Part shown: piece by piece, positions 1 through 8,627 of the stretch
Layout of the letters: each line of letters starts with the position of its first letter
How positions within the stretch are numbered: position 1 is the first letter of the stretch
From: Desulfuromonadales bacterium
GTDB lineage: Bacteria; Desulfobacterota; Desulfuromonadia; Desulfuromonadales; DASPGW01
Assembly: GCA_035620395.1 (NCBI GenBank)
Contig: DASPGW010000043.1
Span: 1 to 46,076 of the forward strand
Length of the DNA: 46,076 nt
Direction: 5' to 3'
The notes under the pieces: model-generated
Database searches by the model: none
What the model saw: only the letters and a program-made list of their open reading frames with translations
What the model was told of the DNA's origin: nothing
Position numbers and translations under genes: made by a program

Positions 1-180
1 GTGCAGACCCAGCGGAGCTCCGGGCCCGGAATGGCACATGACGCAACGGGCCCGCAAAACAGGTTCGAGATCGGCGTAGGTGGCCTCTTGCGCATGGACA
101 CCTGGCATCCAGGTGAAGGCGACAAATGCCGATACCGCGGAGAATAGCGCAAGGTCCCGTTTTAGCTTTCCTGGCTTCAA
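1..180 (-). CDS. c-type cytochrome, N-terminal part (gene runs off the left edge)
   Basis: The gene is open at the window edge, so it is absent from the ORF track. Reverse-strand reading from TTG (180-178), about 8 nt after GGAGG (rc of 186-193), gives MKPGKLKRDLALFSAVSAFVAFTWMPGVHAQEATYADLEPVLRARCVMCHSGPGAPLGLH. This is a Sec-type signal peptide followed by one CxxCH haem-c motif. Confidence 0.5.
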   Translation of the reverse strand, partial: MKPGKLKRDLALFSAVSAFVAFTWMPGVHAQEATYADLEPVLRARCVMCHSGPGAPLGLH

Positions 181-218
181 AATATCTCCCTCCTCATGGT
201 TAGCTCTGGGTAATCCCC

Positions 219-1349
219 TCACCACCCCTTAGGATTCTGCGGCTCCAGTTTCACCAGTTCGTACCGGCGGCTCCCCATGCCGAGCTTTTCGGCGTGGGTG
301 AGAGTCGTCTCCCAGTCGATGTCGGGATGAACGCCGCGAAACTTGTCGCCGCCCGCCTCATAGCCGCTCGCCAGGGCGGTGCCGGCAAAGCCGCTGGCCT
401 GGTTGACGAGGTCGGCGCAGGCCTGGTCGAGGGCGACGGGATCGAGAGAGGCGAGGATTCCGAGGTCGGGCACGATCGGCGCGTCGGAGTGGCCGTAGCA
501 ATCGCAGGCGGGGGAGACCTGGGTGACGAAGTTGACGAAGAGGGCTTTGCCCGCTTTGCCGTGCAGCGCACCCATGGCGTACTCGGCCATCTTCTTCATC
601 ACCAGCGCCGGCGCCTCGTTCCACTGGATCTTGATCGCCGTCTCTTCGCAGACGGTGATGCAGCGGCCGCAGCCGGTGCATTTCTCGGCGGCGATGCGGG
701 CCTTGCCCTCGAAAAAAGTGATCGCGCCGTGGGCGCAGGCCTTGAAGCAGGCTGCGCAGGCGGTGCAGAACTTTTCCGCCACCACTGGGGCGACGCTCGA
801 GTGCTGCTCCATTTTCCCCTCGCGGCTCGAGCAGCCCATGCCCAGGTTCTTCAGCGCTCCGCCGAAGCCGGTCAGCTCGTGGCACTTGAAATGGGAGACG
901 GTGATCAGGACGTCGGCTTCGAGGATGCCGAGGGCGATATCGACCGTTTCCAGAATTTCTCCGGCGACTTCGACGCGTTTGGCGGCGTGGCCGCGCAGGC
1001 CGTCGCACATGATCAGCGGCGCTCCGGCCACGGCAAAGGCGAAGCCGTTCTCAATGCCGCAGGTCAGCGCCGAGACGGCTTCTTTGCGCTCGCCGGGATA
1101 GAGGGTGCAGGAGTCGGTGAGGAACGGTTTGCCGCCGGCGGTTTTGACCTTGTCGACGATGCGCCGCAGAAAGGTGGGGCGGATGTAGGCGTGTCCCCCC
1201 TTCTCGCCGAAATGGACCTTGATGGCGGCAAGGTCGCCGCGGCCGACGATTTGCTCGATCCCCGCCGCTTCGAGCAGGCGCACCAGCTTGGTGTGGAGAT
1301 TCTCCCGATTGCCGGCGCGCAGGTCGGCGAGATAAACGGTGCTGGTCAT
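219..1349 (-). CDS. DUF362 domain protein with inserted 2x[4Fe-4S] ferredoxin segment
   Basis: ORF track 219..1406. I moved the start to ATG 1349 (MTSTVYLADL), which has GGAGGAGAC just upstream. The DUF362-like core includes AIKVHFGE, PFLTDS and VSHFKCHELTGFGGALKNLGMGC. Two Cys clusters are present (CTACAACFKAC and CTGCGRCITVC). Confidence 0.85.
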   Translation of the reverse strand: MTSTVYLADLRAGNRENLHTKLVRLLEAAGIEQIVGRGDLAAIKVHFGEKGGHAYIRPTFLRRIVDKVKTAGGKPFLTDSCTLYPGERKEAVSALTCGIENGFAFAVAGAPLIMCDGLRGHAAKRVEVAGEILETVDIALGILEADVLITVSHFKCHELTGFGGALKNLGMGCSSREGKMEQHSSVAPVVAEKFCTACAACFKACAHGAITFFEGKARIAAEKCTGCGRCITVCEETAIKIQWNEAPALVMKKMAEYAMGALHGKAGKALFVNFVTQVSPACDCYGHSDAPIVPDLGILASLDPVALDQACADLVNQASGFAGTALASGYEAGGDKFRGVHPDIDWETTLTHAEKLGMGSRRYELVKLEPQNPKGW

Positions 1350-1564
1350 GGTCTCCTCCTTCGTTTCGGCTGCGGGCGGGTGCGGACCGCATTCCCGGGA
1401 CCGCACCGCAAAACGTTAGCACAGGCTGGTTATGGAAGCAATTTGGGCTCGGTAAACAATGTTTTACAATAACAAGAAATGGTATTGGCAGCAGAACGAA
1501 TTTTCAGGTTGCGATAGATATTCAACTGATTTATAACGGAAAAATAAAAAAGTTTGTAAAATGG

Positions 1565-1573
1565 TGTTATAAT
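1565..1573 (+). promoter_or_regulatory. candidate extended -10 promoter element for the SPFH operon
   Basis: TGtTATAAT (TG 1565-1566, TATAAT 1568-1573) lies in the AT-rich divergent intergenic region, about 25 nt upstream of the GTG start. I see no convincing -35. Confidence 0.35.
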
Positions 1574-1597
1574 TCTAAAAAATAAAGGAGGTAGCGC

Positions 1598-2608
1598 GTG
1601 GAGCCGGAACAACGCTTTCGCCTGTTGCAGCGGGCCAGGGTCAAGACGCTGCTGAAGAGGGGGTTCCTCCTGGTGCTGGCCGGAGCCCTGCTCTACAATG
1701 TCGTGGCGCTGGTCTATGCCACCAAGACCATCTACAAGGTCCGCCGCAACTATGCGGTGATCATGGAGGACCTCTCCGGCGACCGGCGGGTGGTGGCGGA
1801 TGTCGGCTGGCATGCCCGGCTGCCGTTCTTCACCCGGATCGAGCTGGAAGTGCCGCTGATGAACCAGGAGCTCTACCTCGGCGGAACGGCCGAGGCTCAG
1901 CGCATCATGACGCAGGGGAACGTCGCCCTCTGGACCAGCGCCATGCTGACCTTCCGCATCCGTGACCTGCAGCGCTGGGGGATCGAGAACAAGGCGCCGC
2001 AGAACCTGCTGCAGAACGACTACGACGGCATCGTCAAGGACATCATGCAGGGGCGCTCGGTCGACGAGCTGGTCTCCGACCGCGAGCGGATCAAGGAAGT
2101 CATCTTCCGGGATCTCAAGGACCGGCCGATCAACGAGGGGGGGCCGACCCTGGAGCAGAAGTACGGCATCGAAGTCGTCTCCTTCGTCCTGCGCGATACC
2201 CGCTTCGGCGAGAAGCTGGCCGAGGCGAGCGAAGAGAAGAAGCGGCGCGAGCTGATCGCCGAGGCGGAGAACTATGCCGCCGACCAGGAGGCGAGCCGCA
2301 CCCGCAAGCTTTACACCGCCTACAGCGAGTCGATCCGCGACTTTCGCAACGCCCTGGGGCTGCAGGCGGACCACGACCGGTTTCTCTTTGAATTTCTCAA
2401 CCAGCAGAAATGGGCCACCGCCTACGAGAAGAACCAGCAGGGGCAGAACACTTTCGTACTCAATAACACTCTCGGTTCGCCCTCCGTCACCCTGCCGGCA
2501 CCGCCGGCGGGGGTGAGAAAGGATGCTGCAGCGGAAAATGGCAAATCCCCGCAAGACCAGAAGCCCAATCTACGTCAGACTCTCGGAAAAGCGGATCAGG
2601 CAGATTGA
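1598..2608 (+). CDS. SPFH/band-7 (stomatin-prohibitin-flotillin-HflK/C) family membrane protein
   Basis: GTG start with AAAGGAGG upstream. An N-terminal TM helix (GFLLVLAGALLYNVVALVYA) is followed by an SPFH-like core (VALWTSAMLTFRIRDL, KYGIEVVSFVLRDTRF). A charged helical tail follows (EKLAEASEEKKRRELIAEAENYAADQEASR), then a low-complexity C-terminus. Confidence 0.8.
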   Translation: MEPEQRFRLLQRARVKTLLKRGFLLVLAGALLYNVVALVYATKTIYKVRRNYAVIMEDLSGDRRVVADVGWHARLPFFTRIELEVPLMNQELYLGGTAEAQRIMTQGNVALWTSAMLTFRIRDLQRWGIENKAPQNLLQNDYDGIVKDIMQGRSVDELVSDRERIKEVIFRDLKDRPINEGGPTLEQKYGIEVVSFVLRDTRFGEKLAEASEEKKRRELIAEAENYAADQEASRTRKLYTAYSESIRDFRNALGLQADHDRFLFEFLNQQKWATAYEKNQQGQNTFVLNNTLGSPSVTLPAPPAGVRKDAAAENGKSPQDQKPNLRQTLGKADQAD

Positions 2609-5600
2609 GTCGCTGGCCGCGGGGTGGAGCTTTGAAACCCGCCTCTTCGTCCTGCGCCGGCTTCGCCAGTACAACCCCTCCCGCTCTCCCTTCGAGCTGC
2701 TGCGCGGCTGGCTGCGCCGATTGCTCAAGCCGGCCGAGCGCAGCTTCCAGATCCTGCGCGACCCGGAACTGCTCAACGACTGGCGGCGGCGCTTCGAGGT
2801 CGCCGGGTCGCCGAGCGCCTCGGCGGCCTGGAACCGGATTCTCGACCGCGAACTCGACTGGCACGACTATCAGTACCTGACCTACCTGCTGGAGCGACAG
2901 ACCGCCGACATCTTCGCCCCGCCGGCCTTCCTTGACATTTTCCGTAGAATCTATCGTGCCCATATCCTCAAGGAGTACACCGAGGACCCGAACGTGCCGC
3001 GGGCGCCGCTGGTGCTGGTCATCGGCAGCAGCGGCAGCGGCAAGAGCGCCACCGTCAAGCAGGCGATCGAGGAGGCGATCTTCGCCTCCGAGGTGCGGCC
3101 GGTGGTCGATCTGCAGGCCAAGCGCGACGAAATGCTCGCCGACCAGCCATTCTGGCGCACCCTCGAAGACGTCGACCCGGAGCTGGCCGTGCGTATCGAA
3201 CGCCGCCGCAAGGTCGAGCGGCTGCGGTTCATCTCGCGCCTGCCGCTGATCAAGTACCTATTCCGCGAGCGGATCAGCCACGCCCTTTCCTCATTGGAGG
3301 AGGAGGGGGTCTGGGTCGATTACGCCATGATCACTCCCAACGACTATCAGACCGCCTGGGCCGGCGAGCCCGGCAACTACCTGCGCAAGGCGATGGGGGA
3401 TCCGCGGCGCACTTCCATCCGTCATCTTGAGGAGGCGCACTCGGCGCTGGGCCGGGCCGATCAGATGAGCACCGTCAAGGGGCAGCAGGCGACGCTCGTC
3501 GATGCAGCCAACATCATTCTTGACGAGATCGCCTACGGGCGCCGCGACTGTCTGCTGATTGCCACGACCGACCAGCCCGAGCAGTTCGATGCCGCCATCT
3601 ACCGGCGCTTCGTCGAACGGGGGCTGGTCATCGACATCGGCGAGATGTGGGATGAGCCGGAAAACCTGCGCGAGGTGGTGCGCATGGAGCTGCAACGCAA
3701 GAACTTCTCCTTCGGTCCAGCCGCCGGGGAAGCCGGCAGCCGGGTGCTGCCCGAAACGGTTCTGGCCGAGACGGTGCAGAAGCTCTACCCCATATTCCGG
3801 GAACGCAGCCTGCGCATCACGCCGGCCTACGTCCGTCGCCTGATCGATTCCATTCTTGCCCTCAGGGAGGAGTTCTCCGCGGCGTGCCTCGACGATCAGT
3901 ACCTGGTCCGGGATGCTCTCAAGGCGGTGGCCCGCAACGTCCACGGTTCCCTCTACAAGAAAGTGGCGGGGCACATGGATCGCTCCATCCATTGGGAGGA
4001 TTACATCGGCGGCATCAAGAACGAGTTCTCCGAAATGGCCAACAACGCCCTCTACTACCATGTCAGCGATGAGAAGGGGGTAGTGCTGACCGGTCCGCCC
4101 GGCTCGGGCAAGACCTACATGGTGCGGGCCTGGCTGGGGGACAACCGGGAAGTCGCCGACCTCGTGGTCAATCTCAATGACCTGACCGACCCGATGCAGC
4201 CGATCGAAGGGATGGTCGCCAATCTGGAGCGGGTCTACGACATCGCCAAAATGATTTCTCCGTCCATGGTTTTCTTCGACGAGGGAGACGCCGTGGCGCC
4301 GCGCCGTTCGCAACAGGGAGGAAGCCCCTACGACAAGGTGACCAACAAGTTTCTCTCGATCATCGACGGCGAGTCTCCGCTCTCCCGCGTCTTTACCGTG
4401 CTGACCACCAACCGTCTCGATATCCTCGATCCGGCCCTGATTCGTTCCAAACGCCTCAAGGTACTCAACGTCACCGGCCACATGCGGGACGATGACGCCC
4501 TGCGCATCATGCGCAAGGAGCTGCACGACATCCCTCTGGATGAGGGGTTGAGCTTCGAGGAGATGGTGCGGGTCGCCCGGGTGCTTTGCGAAACCCCCGC
4601 CGATTTCACCGCCTTCGCCGAAAAGGTGCGCAGCCTGCGCACCACCGAAATGGAGGTGCTGGCCAAGCTGATGGAGGCGGTGCAGCAGTCGGCGGAGGAG
4701 CGGGCCCGCTTCGTCCGCTTCAATTACAAAACCCTGGTGGGGCTGCTCGAAGGGGGCGGTGGTGAACCGAGCCTGGCGCTCAAGGCGCGGCACGGCGAGG
4801 AAGGGCTCTTGAGCTGCCTCGATGAGGCCGCTGCCCGCCTCGCCCGGGTGCGCGACCTCGGCCTCTACCCGGTAACCCGCTGGCATCTGCACAGCGCCCG
4901 CCAGCAGATGGCCGGCAGTCCGATGCGCAAGGGGAAACAGCAGCTCGACGAGTTTCTCGAGACCGAGCTCTCCCGCGAGCCGCAGGTCGGCTTCGTCGTG
5001 GGGGTGGGCGCCAACGACACCAGCGGGGTGCTGCTGCCGATCGCCTCCTCCCTGGTCTACCGGATGTTTCCCGAGAAGATCGTGGTGACCGGCGCCGTCT
5101 CCTCCGCCGCCCCCGGCGCGGCGGAGCTCGACCTGGCCGTGCAGATGACCCACCAGAGCGCCCGCGAAGCGCTGACCCTGGTGGAGAACTACCTGCAGTC
5201 CCTCTGCCCCTCGCGCAACGTGCCGCGTATCCTCGGCGAGTTCCTCGAGGGCTACTCGCTGCACCATCAGCTGCTTTCCGCCTCCTACAGCGTCGGTGGA
5301 CCATCGGCCGGATTTGCCCTGGCCATCAACACCCTGTCGGTGCTGCTCTGTCTGCCGGTCCTCAACGATTTCGGCATTACCGGGGCGCCCTGGATCAAGG
5401 GGGCGCAGCGCGGCGAGGTCGGCGCCTCGGTGATCATCGGCGGCCATCGCAAGAAGGCGGAAAAGGTCCTGCAGTATCTGCCCCGCATGTACATGCCGAT
5501 GCAGAACTATCAGGACCTCGAGCCCGAGCTGCTGGAAGCCTACAGGCTGGAGGGGCGGGATATCCGGGGCGTTCGCAGCTTTTCGGCGCTGGTCCCCGAG

Positions 5601-5888
5601 GTCTTTTTCTTCGACGACCTGCAGCAGCGGCGGCTGGGCGAATATCTGCGGCTCCGTCTGGATCTCGACCGCAAGGCGGATCTGCCTGAAGGGCTGTCGG
5701 CTTCGGCGAAGAAGGGGGAGCTCGAACGGCGGGAGGCGGAGCTGCGCAGCCAGGCGGAGGAGGAAATCCGCCGCCGGATCGAAGCGATCTGTCTGTGCGT
5801 GGAAAACGGTGGGGCGGTCTACGGAAGCATGGAAGACCTTTTCCGGCTGTCGCCGAAAGCCGTCCAGCGGCAGGAGGACGTGCGCTGA
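2523..5888 (+). CDS. tandem AAA+ ATPase fused to a Lon-type (S16) Ser-Lys protease domain, 1121 aa
   Basis: AAA module 1 has Walker A GSSGSGKS (3024-3047) and LLIATTDQPEQFDAAIYRRF. AAA module 2 is of the classical clade: GPPGSGKT (4092-4115), Walker B MVFFDEGD and SRH-like TTNRLDILDPALIRSKRL. The C-terminal Lon proteolytic domain has GGPSAGFALAINTL (Ser codon 5304-5306) and IIGGHRKKAEK (Lys). The protein ends in a Glu/Arg-rich tail. The start could be ATG 2523 or ATG 2538; both overlap the SPFH gene. Confidence 0.8.
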   Translation: MLQRKMANPRKTRSPIYVRLSEKRIRQIESLAAGWSFETRLFVLRRLRQYNPSRSPFELLRGWLRRLLKPAERSFQILRDPELLNDWRRRFEVAGSPSASAAWNRILDRELDWHDYQYLTYLLERQTADIFAPPAFLDIFRRIYRAHILKEYTEDPNVPRAPLVLVIGSSGSGKSATVKQAIEEAIFASEVRPVVDLQAKRDEMLADQPFWRTLEDVDPELAVRIERRRKVERLRFISRLPLIKYLFRERISHALSSLEEEGVWVDYAMITPNDYQTAWAGEPGNYLRKAMGDPRRTSIRHLEEAHSALGRADQMSTVKGQQATLVDAANIILDEIAYGRRDCLLIATTDQPEQFDAAIYRRFVERGLVIDIGEMWDEPENLREVVRMELQRKNFSFGPAAGEAGSRVLPETVLAETVQKLYPIFRERSLRITPAYVRRLIDSILALREEFSAACLDDQYLVRDALKAVARNVHGSLYKKVAGHMDRSIHWEDYIGGIKNEFSEMANNALYYHVSDEKGVVLTGPPGSGKTYMVRAWLGDNREVADLVVNLNDLTDPMQPIEGMVANLERVYDIAKMISPSMVFFDEGDAVAPRRSQQGGSPYDKVTNKFLSIIDGESPLSRVFTVLTTNRLDILDPALIRSKRLKVLNVTGHMRDDDALRIMRKELHDIPLDEGLSFEEMVRVARVLCETPADFTAFAEKVRSLRTTEMEVLAKLMEAVQQSAEERARFVRFNYKTLVGLLEGGGGEPSLALKARHGEEGLLSCLDEAAARLARVRDLGLYPVTRWHLHSARQQMAGSPMRKGKQQLDEFLETELSREPQVGFVVGVGANDTSGVLLPIASSLVYRMFPEKIVVTGAVSSAAPGAAELDLAVQMTHQSAREALTLVENYLQSLCPSRNVPRILGEFLEGYSLHHQLLSASYSVGGPSAGFALAINTLSVLLCLPVLNDFGITGAPWIKGAQRGEVGASVIIGGHRKKAEKVLQYLPRMYMPMQNYQDLEPELLEAYRLEGRDIRGVRSFSALVPEVFFFDDLQQRRLGEYLRLRLDLDRKADLPEGLSASAKKGELERREAELRSQAEEEIRRRIEAICLCVENGGAVYGSMEDLFRLSPKAVQRQEDVR

Positions 5889-5920
5889 GGTAAACCAGGG
5901 TGCGGCAACGGCCACCGGCG

Positions 5921-7717
5921 TCAGGTCCGGTCGGAGTGGCGCCCCAACTGGACCGTGAAGGTAAACAGGCTGCCGCTTCCCTCCTCGCTCTCGACCCGGA
6001 TTTCTCCTCCCATGCGGGCCACGATCTCCTTGCAGATGGCCAGGCCGAGGCCGGTTCCCTTGAACCGGCGGGTATGAGAATCATCCACCTGGCTGAAGGC
6101 CTGGAACAGGCGCCGTTGTCCCTCGGCGGAGATGCCGATTCCGGTGTCGCGCACCGAAAAGAGGAGCCGGTGCCGGTCGTCGCCGGTCTGCTGCGGGCAA
6201 GAGCGGACGTGGACCGATATCTCGCCCTTCTCGGTGAACTTGATGGCGTTGCCGATGAGGTTGAACAACACCTGGCGCAGCCGGTCAGGGTCGCCGACGA
6301 CTATTTCCGGCCCTTCTGGATCGATGTCGAGCTTCAACTCGAGTCCTTTCTGCCGGGCCTTCAGGGAGAGCAGATCGACGGTGCCGCTGAGGCACTCGCG
6401 CAGGCTGAAGGGTTCGTTCGCGAAGACGAGCTTCTTCGCTTCGATGCGGGAAAAATCGAGGATGTCGTTGATGACCTGCAGCAGGGATTCAGCAGCATCC
6501 CTGGCTATTTCCAGATAGCGGCGCTGCACGGCCGTGAGATTGGTGTCGAGGACCAGCTCGAGCATCCCCATGACGCCACTCATCGGCGTGCGGATTTCGT
6601 GGCTCATGTTGGCAAGGAACTGGCTTTTCACCCGGTTCGCCTTTTCGGCGGCCTCCTTGGCGCCCAGGAGTTCCGCCTGCACTCGCTCGCGCTCGGTGAT
6701 GTCGTGCCCGTAAAAATTGACGTAGTTGTTCTCGACTATCGGAACGAGCGTGAATGACAGCTGGCGCCCATCGCAGCAGATCCTCAACTCCTGGCGGACA
6801 GCGTTTTCCAGCGCCGTTTCCAGCGCTTGCTTCACCTCTACCGGCACTTGCCTGCCAAGCTGGCATTCCCACTGCTCAAGCAGCGCCCTGGCCGAGCTAT
6901 TGGCGAACAACAGGGTCCCGTCCTGAGCCACCCGCAGAACAGGGAACGGGTTCTGCTCGGGAAACAATGCCGCGCTCCGGATATGTTCCTCCGCCCGCTT
7001 GCGGTCGGTGATGTCCTGGACCGTACCGAACCCACCGATCAGCATCTCCTGCCGATCGAACTCCAGCTCGGCCCTTTCGCGAACCCACTTCACTTCGCTG
7101 CCGACGACGATCCGGTGCTCGATCTCGCACGGCTCCCCGCGCCGGGCTGCCCGCCACGACCGGTCCACGAAATCCCGGTCATCCGGGTGAACGGCCGCGA
7201 GAAACGTCTCATACGTCAAGGGCGTATCCTTGGGGATTCCGAATATCCGGTAGTTTTCGTCGGACCAGAGCAATTCGTTTCGCCCAACATTCAATCGCCA
7301 GCTGCCGGTTTTTGCCACGGCCTGGGCACGGTTCAGGTCCTCCTCTCGCTCCTGCAGTGCCTGCTGGACGGCTCTGCGCTGAGTGATGTCGATGAAGAAG
7401 ACGGCCAGCCCGTCGGTGGCAGGGTGGACGCGGACCTCGAACCAGGAGTCGAAGGGGGCGTAGAAGCCTTCGAACACCTTCGCCGTTCCCTCCGCCAGGG
7501 ACTTCTCGTACTCGGTGTGGAAGATTGTCCCGATCGCGTCGGGGTACTCGGTCCAGATATGTCTGCCGATCAGTTCCGCACGGCAACGCCGCAGGAGGCG
7601 TTCTGCCTGGCTGTTGACGTAGGTGAAGCGACCCTTCCGGTCGAGGCTGAAGAAGGCATCGGAGATTCTCTCCAGGATGTCGAGGGCTCGGTCCGGGTGA
7701 AAGTCCCACTTGCTCAT
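5921..7717 (-). CDS. cytoplasmic multi-PAS sensor histidine kinase
   Basis: ORF track 5921..7798. I moved the start to ATG 7717 (MSKWDFHPDR). At least three PAS-like segments are present. The HisKA H-box is MSHEIRTPMSGVMG. HATPase boxes are LFNLIGNAIKFT, DTGIGI and GTGLGLAICKEIV. There is no TM segment and no receiver domain. Confidence 0.9.
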   Translation of the reverse strand: MSKWDFHPDRALDILERISDAFFSLDRKGRFTYVNSQAERLLRRCRAELIGRHIWTEYPDAIGTIFHTEYEKSLAEGTAKVFEGFYAPFDSWFEVRVHPATDGLAVFFIDITQRRAVQQALQEREEDLNRAQAVAKTGSWRLNVGRNELLWSDENYRIFGIPKDTPLTYETFLAAVHPDDRDFVDRSWRAARRGEPCEIEHRIVVGSEVKWVRERAELEFDRQEMLIGGFGTVQDITDRKRAEEHIRSAALFPEQNPFPVLRVAQDGTLLFANSSARALLEQWECQLGRQVPVEVKQALETALENAVRQELRICCDGRQLSFTLVPIVENNYVNFYGHDITERERVQAELLGAKEAAEKANRVKSQFLANMSHEIRTPMSGVMGMLELVLDTNLTAVQRRYLEIARDAAESLLQVINDILDFSRIEAKKLVFANEPFSLRECLSGTVDLLSLKARQKGLELKLDIDPEGPEIVVGDPDRLRQVLFNLIGNAIKFTEKGEISVHVRSCPQQTGDDRHRLLFSVRDTGIGISAEGQRRLFQAFSQVDDSHTRRFKGTGLGLAICKEIVARMGGEIRVESEEGSGSLFTFTVQLGRHSDRT

Positions 7718-7877
7718 GGCTTGCCTTCTTCGTGGGGAGCGGCATGTCTGGCGAAAGGCAGAAAAGCACGGGAAGGCTCTGCCCGCCAGGTAAAGCAAAT
7801 TCTAAACCGGGAGGAGAATTTCCCGCAATGAGCACTTTGGAAATGTTACCCGAAAATCCCGATTTCCGCCGGGAAAG

Positions 7878-7910
7878 ACAAAAAAACGGGAGGGGTCTCC
7901 CCATCCCGTT
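7878..7910 (-). terminator. rho-independent terminator downstream of the usp gene
   Basis: On the minus strand, a GC-rich hairpin (ACGGGAUGGGG / CCCCUCCCGU, one mismatch) is followed by a U-run (A-run 7879-7885 on the plus strand). Confidence 0.7.
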
Positions 7911-7934
7911 TTTGCCGGCGAGCCGTGCAGGACT

Positions 7935-8429
7935 CTATTCCACGACCCATACCGCACACCCCCGGGCGTGGCGTACGACCCGCTCGGAGACGCTGCCGAT
8001 GAAGAACTCCTTGACCGAGGAGCGCCCCTGCCGGCCCAGGCAGATCGCCTCGTAGCCGCCCTTTTCGGCTGCCAGGATGATCTCGGTGGGGATGTTCTGC
8101 ACGTCGGCGGAAAACCGGGTGTCGACCTGCTCGGGCTTCAGCCCCTGCTGCTCGGCCCGGTGCTTGAGATAGCGGAACATCTCCGCATCGGCCTGCGCTT
8201 CCTTTTTCTCGTATTTTTCGACATCCTTGCGGTGCTTTTCCAGCTTTTCGTCCCACTCGCCCTTGCCCGGCAGTTTGTCGTACTCCATGACGTTGACGGG
8301 GATCGGTTCCCCGACGTGGAAAATCGTCAGTTGGGCATCGCCGAGGTCGCGGGCCATCTTCGCCGCGTACTCCAGTGCCCGTTCCGAAGCCCCCGAACCG
8401 TCAACCGCCACCAGAATTTTGTGTGTCAT
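7935..8429 (-). CDS. universal stress protein (UspA family)
   Basis: MTHKILVAVDGSGASERALEYAA at the N-terminus and GSVSERVVRHARCAVWVV at the C-terminus are typical Usp ATP-binding-fold signatures. GGGAGG SD upstream. Confidence 0.9.
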   Translation of the reverse strand: MTHKILVAVDGSGASERALEYAAKMARDLGDAQLTIFHVGEPIPVNVMEYDKLPGKGEWDEKLEKHRKDVEKYEKKEAQADAEMFRYLKHRAEQQGLKPEQVDTRFSADVQNIPTEIILAAEKGGYEAICLGRQGRSSVKEFFIGSVSERVVRHARGCAVWVVE

Positions 8430-8627
8430 CGTTTGCCTCCCCGCGGGATTTGAACCTCTTTATGAACCCAGTATAGCATTGCACTCCGGCATTGCAACGC
8501 GCGGAAAAGACGACAGTTTGGCGCAATGGACCGTCTTTTGCGCCGCCGCAGGGAGGCTCGGCCGGAAAGATTGAAGCGCCGCCTCCTTCTGTTAAGCTGT
8601 TCTAAAATCCCTTGCGGAGGCAATGCC

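Noticed and set aside
3291-5915. There are very long ORFs antisense to, or frame-shifted within, real genes. Examples are 3291..5915(-), 294..1472(+), 1430..2554(-), 8868..10790(-), 11111..13510(-), 19215..21248(-), 37409..38692(+) and 42486..44141(+).
   Set aside because: They are typical shadow ORFs of high-GC DNA. Their translations are Arg/Gly/Pro/Ala/Asp-rich low-complexity strings with no recognisable motifs. In every case the opposite or alternative frame encodes a protein with clear family signatures.
8434-8456. The reverse complement GGTTCAAATCCCGCGGGGAGGCA resembles the T-loop plus 3' acceptor end of a tRNA. It could be an att-site remnant of an integrated element.
   Set aside because: No matching 5' T-stem strand, anticodon arm or D-arm is present. 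There is no integrase nearby. The GGGGAGG part is simply the SD of the usp gene. It is most likely coincidental, and only a genome-wide search for the parent tRNA could revive it.
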